This document shows, piece by piece, positions 31,121-40,085 of a stretch of DNA of 64,000 nucleotides. Source of the stretch: an uncultured Friedmanniella sp. GTDB lineage: Bacteria > Actinomycetota > Actinomycetes > Propionibacteriales > Propionibacteriaceae. Location: the NCBI GenBank assembly GCA_964251895.1, contig CAXULL010000005.1:5746-69745 (forward strand), read 5' to 3'. The notes below the pieces were generated by a model. That model was not told the origin of the DNA. It ran no database searches and was given only the letters and a program-made list of their open reading frames with translations. Both the position numbers and the translations under genes were made by a program. Position 1 is the stretch's first letter, and each line of letters begins with the position of its first letter.

Positions 31121-31372
31121 ATGGATTGGCGCCACAAGGCCGCCTGCCTGGACGAGGACCCGGAGCTGTTCTTCCCCATCGGGAACACGGGTCCGGCGCT
31201 CCTGCAGATCGAGGAGGCCAAGCAGGTGTGCCGACGTTGCGACGTCCGCGACGCCTGCCTGCAGTGGGCGCTCGAGGCGGGCCAGGACCACGGCGTGTGG
31301 GGCGGCCTCAGCGAGGACGAGCGCCGCGCGCTCAAGCGTCGCGCCGCGCGCGCACGTATCCGTACCGCCTGA
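31121..31372 (+). CDS. whiB1: WhiB-family Fe-S transcription factor, WhiB1 ortholog
   Basis: MDWRHKAACLDEDPELFFPIGNTGPALLQIEEAKQVCRRCDVRDACLQWALEAGQDHGVWGGLSEDERRALKRR is near-identical in pattern to M. tuberculosis WhiB1. RBS AAGGAGAG. Confidence 0.93.
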   Translation: MDWRHKAACLDEDPELFFPIGNTGPALLQIEEAKQVCRRCDVRDACLQWALEAGQDHGVWGGLSEDERRALKRRAARARIRTA

Positions 31373-31390
31373 CCCCTCAGCACCCTTCGG

Positions 31391-31422
31391 ACGCCGGGAC
31401 CTTGAGGTCCCGGCGTTTCGTC
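31391..31422 (+). terminator. rho-independent terminator after whiB1
   Basis: ACGCCGGGACC-TTGA-GGTCCCGGCGT followed by TTTCGT. Confidence 0.7.
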
Positions 31423-31556
31423 TGCCCGGACCGACCCGTCGTCAGGGGCAGCGTCGTCAGAAGCAGCGTCGTCAGAAGCAGTCCGAAGAAGCAGCGGCCG
31501 GCCCGTCTCCACCAGGAGACGAGCCGGCCGGCTTCAGCGTGCGCGGACGGCCGTGC

Positions 31557-33230
31557 TCAGAGGCGGTCCAGCCTGGTGAACGCCACGGCGTCGAGCGCCT
31601 TGATCGTCACCGTCGCCGCGCCGTTCCCGCGCACCCGCACCGTCGGGCCGCTGCAGCGACCGCTCCGGACGCCGCCGTGCAGGACGTCGCAGTAGGTCCC
31701 GGCCTTCATCCCTGTCTTCACCGTGATGGTCCGGGCGCCCTGCTGGTTGTTGTTGATCGCGATCCAGCCCCGGTTCCCGCGGTTGAAGGCGATCACGTTC
31801 TCGCCGTCGTCGTACCAGCGGTGCCGACTGCGGTCGCCGACGTAGTTGTGCCAACCGACCATCGCGAGCACGCCCGGGTCCCGGTCGGTGCACGCCCAGC
31901 CGCGGCCGGGGGTGCAGTCGGTGTCGGTCACCATCCCGTCACCGTCGGACGGAGGTGAGGCCGCGTTGCCGCTCTTGTCGTCGGCCGTCGCGTTCGACGG
32001 GAGGCTGGCCGGGTCCGGGGCGTCGAAGGTGAAGCCGGCGTAGACCTGCGGGGTGCCGTAGCCCGACGCCAGCAGCCACTCGGTGGCCAGGGTGTTGCGG
32101 GCCCCGACCTTGTAGCTCAGGGCGTCGCCGTTGCGCTCGGTGTCGTGGTTCTGCACGAACGAGAGCGTCCTGCTGCTCGGCGTCAGCCCGGAACCGGCCC
32201 CGAAGTCCTTCAGGGTCGCGATGCTGCCCACGTGGTCGGCGGTGTAGCTGTTAAAGGCGTCGCGGATCTGCTTGACCCCGTCGAGCCCGAGCACCGTGCC
32301 GTGCTCGGTGAACGCCTGCGGCGACAGGCTGCCGGGGCCCCCGCCGAAGACCTCGAGCGCCCAGTAGGGCCTCGTGCCGTCCTTGGTCTTGTGCAGGCCG
32401 TCGCGGATCGCGTCGAGGTCGGCCTGCGCGATGTGCTTGGCGGCGTCGACCCGGAAGCCGGAGACGCCGTAGCCGAGGAGCCGGTTGAGGTAGGCGGTGA
32501 GCTTGCCCCGGACGTACGGGGTCTCGGTCCGCAGGTCGTGCAGGCCCGAGAGGTTGCAGCGGGTGACCTGACGGACGTTGTTGAAGTCCGCGATCCCGCC
32601 GTCGGCGGTCGGGCACTCCCCCTGCGGCACGTGGAAGTTCGCCTTGGTCCACGGCACGGCCGGCTGGTCGTACGGGTCCGGGGTGTCGTACGTCTTCCCC
32701 CCGTACGAGGTGTGGCCCTGGCCGACTCCGTGGTTGATGACCGTGTCGACGTAGACCTTCACCCCGGCCCGTCGGCAGGTCGTGACCATCGCCTTGAACT
32801 GCTGCTCGTCGCCCATCCGGCTGGTGAGCGCGTAGTCGACCGGCTGGTAGACCTCCCACCAGGGGTGGCGGACCGTGACGGCGCCCGTGCCGGGGTCGGC
32901 CTGGTCGGCGGCGCTGCGCTTGAGCGAGTCCTGCGGCGGCGCGACCTGGACGCCGCCGAAGCCCGCGGGGCCGAGGACGTCGGTGCACTCCGTGGCGACC
33001 GAGCCCCAGTTCCACTCGAAGAGGTTGGCCATCACCCCGGGGTCGGCCGAGCGGAGGGCGGGCGCGTCGGCCGCTCCCGCCCGGGCCTGCAGCACAGCCC
33101 TCGACGGTGGTGCCTGCGGCGTGGCGGGGGCCGCGTCGGCGACGGTGGGAGCGAGGCCGGCAGCGACGAAGATCGTGGTGCTGGCGACCGCGGCGGTCCG
33201 CGAGAGGCGGCGGCGTACGGGTGGAACCAT
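31557..33230 (-). CDS. secreted alpha-amylase (GH13)
   Basis: Signal peptide present. GH13 regions: DTVINH, GFRVDAAKH, EVFGG, FVQNHDTER. It also has a C-terminal beta domain. Confidence 0.9.
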   Translation of the reverse strand: MVPPVRRRLSRTAAVASTTIFVAAGLAPTVADAAPATPQAPPSRAVLQARAGAADAPALRSADPGVMANLFEWNWGSVATECTDVLGPAGFGGVQVAPPQDSLKRSAADQADPGTGAVTVRHPWWEVYQPVDYALTSRMGDEQQFKAMVTTCRRAGVKVYVDTVINHGVGQGHTSYGGKTYDTPDPYDQPAVPWTKANFHVPQGECPTADGGIADFNNVRQVTRCNLSGLHDLRTETPYVRGKLTAYLNRLLGYGVSGFRVDAAKHIAQADLDAIRDGLHKTKDGTRPYWALEVFGGGPGSLSPQAFTEHGTVLGLDGVKQIRDAFNSYTADHVGSIATLKDFGAGSGLTPSSRTLSFVQNHDTERNGDALSYKVGARNTLATEWLLASGYGTPQVYAGFTFDAPDPASLPSNATADDKSGNAASPPSDGDGMVTDTDCTPGRGWACTDRDPGVLAMVGWHNYVGDRSRHRWYDDGENVIAFNRGNRGWIAINNNQQGARTITVKTGMKAGTYCDVLHGGVRSGRCSGPTVRVRGNGAATVTIKALDAVAFTRLDRL

Positions 33231-33392
33231 GAGCCCTCCTTTGGGCGATGGTTCGTCGGGGTCCAGGGATCGCGGCGCGCCCGACGACCGCGCCCGGCAC
33301 CCCGGAGGGTGCTGGGGGGTGTGTCTAGCACCCCGCCCGGAGCGCGTCGCGCGGTGGGGCGTCCCAGCCGGCCCTCCCGGCGTGGCGCTGCG

Positions 33393-34847
33393 TCAGCGCG
33401 GGATGTCCACCACGGCGAGCGTGCCGGGGCCGTCGGTCCGGTTGGCGAGGGTGAAGGTGCCCTTCATCTCGGCGACGAGCGTGCTGACGATCGAGAGCCC
33501 GAGGCTGCGCGACTGACGGGCGTCGAAGTCGGGCGGGAGCCCGCGGCCGTCGTCGCTGATCTCGATGTGCAGGTGGCCGTCGTGGGTCGAGGGCACGACC
33601 CGGACCTCGCCGGAGGAGTCGGCGAGGCCGTGCTCGACCGCGTTCTGGCAGAGCTCGGTGACCACCATGGCCAGGCTGGTGGCGAGCTCCGCCGACACCG
33701 CGCCGAAGCTGCCCTCGCGCCGGGCGGAGACCCCGCCCCAGCTGGCGGACACGTCCCCCACCATCCGCAGGAGCCCGTCGGCCACGCGGTCGAAGTCGAC
33801 GATCTCGTCGAACGCCTGCGACAGCGTCTCGTGCACGATGGCGATCGAGGCCACGCGCGAGGTGGCGTCCTCGAGCGCGATCCGCGCCTCGTCGGAGGTC
33901 ATCCGGCGCGCCTGCATGCGCAGCAGGGCGGCCACGGTCTGCAGGTTGTTCTTGACGCGGTGGTGGATCTCGCGGATCGTCGCGTCCTTGGTGACGAGCT
34001 GACGCTCCTTGCTGCGCAGGTCGCTGACGTCCCGGCTGAGGACGATCGCGCCGACGCGGACCTCGTCCTCCATCAGCGGGATGACCCGCAGCATCAGGTG
34101 CGCGTCGCCGGACACGAGCTCGGCCCGGCGCGACGCGCGCCCGGACAGCACCGAGCGGACCGAGTCGTCCACCGGTCCCTCGGACGCGGGGAAGAAGCCG
34201 GCCGTCAGGGTCGGCAGGTGCTCGTCGACGAGGTCGCCGATCAGCCCGAGGCGGCGGTAGGCGCTGAGCGCGTTCGGGCTCGCGTACTCCACGTCGCCCG
34301 CCGCGCTCACCTTGATGAAGCCGTCGCCCACGCGGGGGTTCATGGCCAGGTTCGTCTCGCCCGGCGTGGGGAACTGCCCGGTCGACACCATCTGCGCCAG
34401 CTGCGCGCCGGTCTCGAGGTAGGCCTCCTCCAGCACGCTCGGCGCCCGGGTGCCCAGCACGCTCGTGTGCTGCTCGACCACCGCGATCACCCGCTCGCCG
34501 AGCTTGACCGGGATGGCCCGGGTGTCGACGGGCATGCCGGCCTGCAGCTTGCCCTCGCTCGTCCGCGTCGTCGCGCCGCTGACGAAGGCGTCGGAGACCA
34601 GGTGCTCCGGGGAGTAGGCGATGAGGTCGCCGACCACGTCGTCGAAGAGGGAGGTCGCCCCGGTCGTCGGGCGCACCTGAGCCGCGGCCCAGTAGACGTT
34701 CGGGTCGTGGTCGGGGACCCAGAGCACGAGGTCGGAAAAGCTGAGGTCGGCGAGCAGCTGCCACTCCGAGACCAGCAGCTTGAGCCAGCGCTGCTCCGCG
34801 TCGTCGAGGTCGGTGTGCTCGGCGATGATCTCGGACATCGACGGCAT
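33393..34847 (-). CDS. pdtaS: sensor histidine kinase PdtaS-like (GAF-PAS-HisKA_2-HATPase)
   Basis: H-box HHRVKNNLQTVAALLRMQ and an N-terminus (SEWQLLADLSFSDLVLWVP) typical of PdtaS. whiB1 is nearby, as in M. tuberculosis (Rv3219/Rv3220c). Confidence 0.82.
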   Translation of the reverse strand: MPSMSEIIAEHTDLDDAEQRWLKLLVSEWQLLADLSFSDLVLWVPDHDPNVYWAAAQVRPTTGATSLFDDVVGDLIAYSPEHLVSDAFVSGATTRTSEGKLQAGMPVDTRAIPVKLGERVIAVVEQHTSVLGTRAPSVLEEAYLETGAQLAQMVSTGQFPTPGETNLAMNPRVGDGFIKVSAAGDVEYASPNALSAYRRLGLIGDLVDEHLPTLTAGFFPASEGPVDDSVRSVLSGRASRRAELVSGDAHLMLRVIPLMEDEVRVGAIVLSRDVSDLRSKERQLVTKDATIREIHHRVKNNLQTVAALLRMQARRMTSDEARIALEDATSRVASIAIVHETLSQAFDEIVDFDRVADGLLRMVGDVSASWGGVSARREGSFGAVSAELATSLAMVVTELCQNAVEHGLADSSGEVRVVPSTHDGHLHIEISDDGRGLPPDFDARQSRSLGLSIVSTLVAEMKGTFTLANRTDGPGTLAVVDIPR

Positions 34848-35067
34848 GCGCGCACTGTAACCGCGCGCACCGAACGTCGCAGGCCGTCGCCCGGCCCCGT
34901 GACCCGGGCCGGGCGACCTGGCGGAACTTTCTAGCCCGGCCGGGCGTACGCACGTCCGGCGCGCCGGACGGGGTGCTTGACCAGCGGGACCGACGGGGCG
35001 TACTCCTGGTCAGCGGACCGGCCCCCTCCGGTCTGGTGAGTCACGCCGACGTGGCCGGAGGAGCCTG

Positions 35068-35376
35068 ATGACGCACGATCCCACGCCCGCACCGGGCAGG
35101 ACCGACCCACGCTGGCGGCTGACCCCCACCAGGATCGTGGTCGCCGTGATCCTGCTGGTGGGCATCGTCGCCCCGCTGCTGGTCAGCACCTACGCGCGGG
35201 TCGAGCCCCGGCTCTTCGGCTTCCCGTTCTTCTACTGGTACCAGCTGCTCTGGGTCTTCATCGCCGCCGGCCTGTGCCTGCTGGCGTTCGTGCTGCTCAA
35301 GCGCGAGAACGACGCGTACCTGCGCAGCCGGGACGGTGGCGCCGGCTCCGACCGTCCCGAGGGGGGAACCCGATGA
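35068..35376 (+). CDS. DUF3311-like small membrane protein, partner of the symporter
   Basis: 102 aa with 2 TM helices and FGFPFFYWYQLLW. Its stop overlaps the symporter ATG (ATGA). Confidence 0.68.
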   Translation: MTHDPTPAPGRTDPRWRLTPTRIVVAVILLVGIVAPLLVSTYARVEPRLFGFPFFYWYQLLWVFIAAGLCLLAFVLLKRENDAYLRSRDGGAGSDRPEGGTR

Positions 35377-37007
35377 AGATCGACGTGGTCGCGCTCGTCG
35401 TCCTGGTCCTGCTGTTCGTCATCGTGACGGTGATGGGCTTCCAGGCCGCCCGCTGGCGACGCGCCAGCGACATGGACTCCCTGCACGAGTGGGGTCTGGG
35501 CGGCAAGAGCTTCGGCACCTGGACGACCTGGTTCCTGCTGGGCGGGGACATCTACACCGCGTACACCTTCATCGCGGTGCCCGCGGCGATGTGGGCGACG
35601 GGCGCGGTGTCCGGCTTCTTCGCCGTGCCGTACACGATCGTGCTCTACCCGGCGATCTTCTTCTTCCTGGGCCGGATGTGGTCGGTCGCGCACCGGCACG
35701 GCTACGTCACCACCGCCGACATCGTCCAGGGCCGCTACGGCACGCGCTCGCTGAGCCTCGCCATCGCCGTGACCGGGATCCTGGCCACGATGCCGTACAT
35801 CGCGCTCCAGCTGGTCGGCATCCAGGCCGTGCTCGAGGTCGTCGGCCTCGGTGGCAGCAGCGCGATCGCCCGGGACCTGCCGCTGCTGATCGCCTTCGCG
35901 GTGCTGGCGGCGTACACCTACTCCTCCGGCCTGCGGGCCCCGGCGATGATCGCGTTCGTCAAGGACATCCTGATCTACATCGTGATCATCGTCGCGGTCG
36001 TCTACCTGCCGATGAAGCTCGGCGGGTGGCACGGCATCTTCGACGCGGCGCAGACCAAGATGGCCGCACCCTCGGCCGCCAACCCGGCGGTCGCGACCGG
36101 CGTCTTCGTCCCCGGCCCGGCCCAGCACTGGGCGTACGCCTCGCTGGCCCTGGGCTCGGCGCTGGCGCTGTTCATGTACCCGCACTCGGTGACGGCGACG
36201 CTGTCGTCGAAGACCCGGAACACGGGACGGCGCAACGCCGCGATCCTGCCGGCGTACTCGCTCCTGCTCGGTCTGCTCGCGCTGCTCGGCTTCGTCGCGA
36301 TCAAGGCCGGCACCAAGCCGATCGGCCTGGACGGCAAGATCAACCCGCAGCTGGTCATCCCCCAGCTGTTCGAGGACCAGTTCCCGAGCTGGTTCGCCGG
36401 GGTCGCCTTCGGTGCGATCGCCATCGGTGCGCTGGTGCCGGCCGCGATCATGTCGATCGCCGCCGCCAACCTCTTCACCCGCAACATCTACAAGGCCTAC
36501 CTCAGGCCGCAGGCGACGAACGCGCAGGAGGCGAAGGTCTCCAAGATCGTCTCGCTGATCACGAAGGTCGGGGCGCTGCTCTTCGTCCTCGCCCTGGACA
36601 AGCAGAACGCGCTGAACTTCCAGCTGCTCGGCGGGCTGTGGGTCCTGCAGACGCTGCCCGCGATCGTCTTCGGGCTGTTCACCCGCTGGTTCCACCGCTG
36701 GGCGCTGCTCGCCGGCTGGGCGGTCGGCATGATCTACGGGACCGTGACGGCGTACGGCGGGTGCACGGCCTGCTCGGCCCGACCGTTCGGGAACTCGCTG
36801 GCGGCGGTCCCGGGGCTGGGCGACATCGGCTACATCGGCGTCACCGCGCTCGCGCTGAACGTCGGCATCGCCGTCGTGCTGTCCGCGATCCTGAAGGCGG
36901 CGCGGGTCTCGAACGGCACCGACATCACCCGGGAGTCGGACTACTTCGCCGACCTCGGCGACCCGGCGGTCGACCCGGTGCTGAGCGACGCGCGTCCGCT
37001 GCACTGA
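35373..37007 (+). CDS. sodium:solute symporter family transporter
   Basis: ATG at 35373. 544 aa with 13-14 TM helices. SSS-like N-terminus (GGKSFGTWTTWFLLGGDIYTAYTFIAVPA). Confidence 0.88.
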   Translation: MKIDVVALVVLVLLFVIVTVMGFQAARWRRASDMDSLHEWGLGGKSFGTWTTWFLLGGDIYTAYTFIAVPAAMWATGAVSGFFAVPYTIVLYPAIFFFLGRMWSVAHRHGYVTTADIVQGRYGTRSLSLAIAVTGILATMPYIALQLVGIQAVLEVVGLGGSSAIARDLPLLIAFAVLAAYTYSSGLRAPAMIAFVKDILIYIVIIVAVVYLPMKLGGWHGIFDAAQTKMAAPSAANPAVATGVFVPGPAQHWAYASLALGSALALFMYPHSVTATLSSKTRNTGRRNAAILPAYSLLLGLLALLGFVAIKAGTKPIGLDGKINPQLVIPQLFEDQFPSWFAGVAFGAIAIGALVPAAIMSIAAANLFTRNIYKAYLRPQATNAQEAKVSKIVSLITKVGALLFVLALDKQNALNFQLLGGLWVLQTLPAIVFGLFTRWFHRWALLAGWAVGMIYGTVTAYGGCTACSARPFGNSLAAVPGLGDIGYIGVTALALNVGIAVVLSAILKAARVSNGTDITRESDYFADLGDPAVDPVLSDARPLH

Positions 37008-37043
37008 CCGTCCTCGGAGCCGGCTCAGCACGGAAGTCTGGTA

Positions 37044-37099
37044 CCCACCACGGCAGATCTGCCGTGGTGGGCACCGGCCTTTCACGCCAGCATGAAAGG
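37044..37099. terminator. perfect 28-bp palindrome plus a second hairpin downstream of the symporter
   Basis: CCCACCACGGCAGATCTGCCGTGGTGGG (37044-37071), then CCTTTCA-N8-TGAAAGG (37078-37099). Confidence 0.55.
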
Positions 37100-37219
37100 C
37101 CGTGCGTCCGCTGCCCTGCCGCCGGACCGCTGCGCGGCGCCGAGGAGGGTCCAGGTGTGGAACACTGGGAGGCCGTGCCGGCGTGAGCCGACATCGGACG
37201 TCGTCGCAAGGAGATCATC

Positions 37220-37294
37220 ATGGGCAAGACCGGCCGCAAGCGTCGTGCGCGTCGCAAGAAGGGCGCGAACCACGGCAAGCGCCCCAACGCCTGA
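37220..37294 (+). CDS. 24-aa basic peptide, ribosomal protein bL37-like
   Basis: MGKTGRKRRARRKKGANHGKRPNA. It follows AAGGAGATCATC and ends with the ANHGKRPNA tail that I recall from mycobacterial bL37. It is not in the ORF track. Confidence 0.72.
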   Translation: MGKTGRKRRARRKKGANHGKRPNA

Positions 37295-37342
37295 GCCCTC
37301 CGAGCTCAGGACGTCCGGGTCCGTACGCCGGGCCTGACGTGA

Positions 37343-37377
37343 GAAGGACCCCGCAGCCTCAGGCTGCGGGGTCCTTC
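37343..37377. terminator. bidirectional stem-loop between the convergent bL37-like ORF and rsrA
   Basis: GAAGGACCCCGCAGCC-TCA-GGCTGCGGGGTCCTTC (16-bp stem) followed by TC-rich sequence. Confidence 0.7.
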
Positions 37378-37398
37378 TCGTCCAGGTGCTGCTGGCGC

Positions 37399-37689
37399 TC
37401 AGAGCGAGCGGCGGGTCGTCACCTGGATCTTGGTCATGATGCTCACCCGCAGGTGGTCGGGTGCCTTGTCGTTGCCGCAGCAGCGCTTGACGAGCGACTT
37501 GACGGCCTGCTCGACGTCGAACCGGTCGAGGCAGGGCTCGCACTCGCTGAGGTGGGCGCGGATCTCGTCCCCGGTGGCGGTGTCGACCTCGTGGTCGAGG
37601 AACTCGTGCACCCGGTCGAGCACGTGCTGGCACTCCGCACTGGTCGGGTCGGTCGCGTCGACGAAGGGCCTGCTGGCGTCGGTGGTCAT
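37399..37689 (-). CDS. rsrA: zinc-associated anti-sigma factor (RsrA/RshA)
   Basis: 96 aa with the ZAS motif HLSECEPC plus upstream C (AECQHVL). Its ATG overlaps the sigma stop (ATGA). Confidence 0.9.
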   Translation of the reverse strand: MTTDASRPFVDATDPTSAECQHVLDRVHEFLDHEVDTATGDEIRAHLSECEPCLDRFDVEQAVKSLVKRCCGNDKAPDHLRVSIMTKIQVTTRRSL

Positions 37690-38375
37690 GCCGGCGTGTC
37701 CTCCTTCACCCGCATGCCGCGGTCCCGTGCGTAGTCCGAGAGCAGACGACGCAGCTGCGTACGCCCGCGGTTGAGGCGCGACATCACGGTCCCGATCGGG
37801 GTGCCCATGATCTCGGCGATCTCCTTGTAGGCGAACCCCTCGACGTCGGCGAGGAACACCGCGAGCCGGAAGTCCGGGCTCAGCTGCTGCAGCGCGTCCT
37901 TGACGTCGGAGTCCGGAAGGTTCTCCAGGGCCACCGTCTCGGCCGACTTCAGCCCGCTCGAGGTGTGCGACGCCGCGCGGGCGATCTGCCAGTCCTCGAC
38001 GTTCTCGCCGTCGGAGAGCTGCGGCTGGCGCTGCTTCTTGCGGTAGGTGTTGATGTAGGTGTTCGTGAGGATGCGGTAGAGCCACGCCTTGAGGTTGGTG
38101 CCGGGCGTGAACTGGTGGAAGGACGAGTACGCCTTCGCGTACGTCTCCTGCACCACGTCCTCGGCGTCGCTCGGGTTGCGCGTCATCCGCAGGGCGGCGG
38201 CGTAGAGCTGGTCGAGGTACTGCAGCGCGTCCCGCTCGAAGCGGGCGTCGCGGTCCTCCGGCGTCTCCGTCGCGAGGTCCACCGGCGCCGGTTCGGCGCT
38301 GGCGAGCAGCTCGTCCGCCTGGGCGCTGAGGTCGCTGGTGGACGGGGCAGAGGGGTGCGTCGCGGGAATGCTCAT
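37686..38375 (-). CDS. sigH: ECF sigma factor SigH/SigR
   Basis: [38 protein letters not shown]...[29 protein letters not shown] matches the SigH pattern closely. An in-frame upstream ATG at 38447 is also possible. Confidence 0.9.
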   Translation of the reverse strand: MSIPATHPSAPSTSDLSAQADELLASAEPAPVDLATETPEDRDARFERDALQYLDQLYAAALRMTRNPSDAEDVVQETYAKAYSSFHQFTPGTNLKAWLYRILTNTYINTYRKKQRQPQLSDGENVEDWQIARAASHTSSGLKSAETVALENLPDSDVKDALQQLSPDFRLAVFLADVEGFAYKEIAEIMGTPIGTVMSRLNRGRTQLRRLLSDYARDRGMRVKEDTPA

Positions 38376-38473
38376 CACGTACGAGAGTACCGGCGACGCG
38401 CCTCCTCGCACGGCGTCCCGCGGCAGCGGGTTCACGAACATCGGCATGTGGGTTCAACGCGTCGGCGGTGCGG

Positions 38474-39235
38474 CTATTCCCCTGGCCCGGCTCCTGCGTC
38501 CGCAGACCCAGGGACGAACTTGGGGACGAGCCCGCCCACGAACCCAGCCGTCGCGTCGACCACCTGCTCGCGCAGCTCCGCCGCCGTCGGGCTCGACCCC
38601 GTGAGCACCCGACCGCTGTGGTCGGCGCCCTCGAGGGTGACCACGCGGACGCCCGCGCCGTCTTCCTGGGTGAGGTCCTGCGTCAGCTCGGCCGCGCTGC
38701 CGAACGTGTCCCGGGTGCCCTGCAGCACCAGCCGCGGCACACGCGGGGCGAGCAGCTCGCCCAGCCGGGAACGTTCCGGGAGTCCGGGCAGGTGGAGCGG
38801 AAAGCTCAGGCAGACGACGCCGACCGCCCCGAGCGCCGTGGCCGTCCGGCAGGCGACGCGCGCTCCGGCGCTACGGCCTCCCGTGACGAGCGGGAGCCCC
38901 GGTCCGACCGCCTCGAGGACCGTCCCGAGACCGGCCAGCCAGGCCTCGTCGAGCAGCGGCGGCCGGACGGCGACCCGGCGGCCCGCGACGCGCCACGGCT
39001 GCTCGTAGCGCAGCACCGTCACCCCGCGCCCGGGCAGCCGACGAGCCAGCGCCACCAGGTCCGGGGCGTCGACCCCGCCGCCGGCTCCGTGGCCGAGCAC
39101 CAGCAGGGCGACCGGCGCAGCCGCCTCGCTGACGTGGAACCGGCCGGGTCCCTGCGGGGTCGCGACCTCGACCACCGACGCGGCCGCCCCCGCGGACGCG
39201 GCGGACACGACGGACCCCGTCGGCCCCGCGCTCAC
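38474..39235 (-). CDS. alpha/beta hydrolase (KANL3/Tex30, dienelactone-hydrolase-like)
   Basis: LLVLGHGAGGG...GGRSAGARVA. GTG at 39235 overlaps the SRAP stop (GTGA). Confidence 0.62.
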   Translation of the reverse strand: MSAGPTGSVVSAASAGAAASVVEVATPQGPGRFHVSEAAAPVALLVLGHGAGGGVDAPDLVALARRLPGRGVTVLRYEQPWRVAGRRVAVRPPLLDEAWLAGLGTVLEAVGPGLPLVTGGRSAGARVACRTATALGAVGVVCLSFPLHLPGLPERSRLGELLAPRVPRLVLQGTRDTFGSAAELTQDLTQEDGAGVRVVTLEGADHSGRVLTGSSPTAAELREQVVDATAGFVGGLVPKFVPGSADAGAGPGE

Positions 39236-40044
39236 ACCAGCGGTTCCTGCTCGGGCGCGGGGCTCTCCGACGGAGGGGTCTCGGCGAGCGGCAGCAGCAG
39301 GTCCGGACCGTTGTTCTTCACGCTGTTGACCTCGGTCGAGACGGCGTACGCCTCCAGCGTGCCCGCGTCCGTGGCCAGCAGCCCGAGCACCCGGGCCGGG
39401 TCGCTCAGGGTCGGGTCGAGCCAGGCGTCGACGGCGTCGGGCCGCACGACCATCGGCATCCGGTCGTGGATGTGGCCGGCGGCGTCGGTCGCGGCGGTGG
39501 TGATGACCGTGCAGGTACGCAGCCAGGCCGCGTCGTCGTCCCGGTCGAGGGCGGGGTCGCGCCAGATCTCGTACAGCCCGGCCATCACCAGCAGGCCGCC
39601 GTCGCGGCGGTGCAGGAAGAAGGGTTGCTTCTTCACCTTGCCCCGCGGGGTGTCGGCGTCGTGGCCGTCCGGGGTGTACCACTCGTAGAAGCCGTCGGCG
39701 GGCAGCAGGCAGCGACGCGACGCGAACGCCTTGCGGAACGCGGGCTTCTCCGCGACCGTCTCCACCCGGGCGTTGATCAGCCGGGCGCCGATCGAGCGGT
39801 CCTTGGCCCAGGACGGCACCAGGCCCCAGGTGAGGGGGGCGAGGCGGCGCCGCACCTCGCCGGGCGTCGTCGGTCCCCCGCCCCCGGGCTCGGCCGGCCT
39901 CACCGTCCGCTCGAACACCGCCGGCACGCTCACCGTCGGCGCCACGTTGTAGTCCGGCTCCGGCAGCCCGTCGAAGATGTCGATCACGTCGAACTGGTCG
40001 GCCAGCCGCTCCGGCCGGGCCGACACCGCGTATCGTCCGCACAC
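39232..40044 (-). CDS. SOS response-associated peptidase (SRAP/YedK, abasic-site processing)
   Basis: The catalytic N-terminus MCGRY, NVAPT, and RCLLPADGFYEW. Confidence 0.9.
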   Translation of the reverse strand: MCGRYAVSARPERLADQFDVIDIFDGLPEPDYNVAPTVSVPAVFERTVRPAEPGGGGPTTPGEVRRRLAPLTWGLVPSWAKDRSIGARLINARVETVAEKPAFRKAFASRRCLLPADGFYEWYTPDGHDADTPRGKVKKQPFFLHRRDGGLLVMAGLYEIWRDPALDRDDDAAWLRTCTVITTAATDAAGHIHDRMPMVVRPDAVDAWLDPTLSDPARVLGLLATDAGTLEAYAVSTEVNSVKNNGPDLLLPLAETPPSESPAPEQEPLV

Positions 40045-40085
40045 CCGGGCGACGCTACTCGGCCCCGGATCGGTAAGAATGAGGC

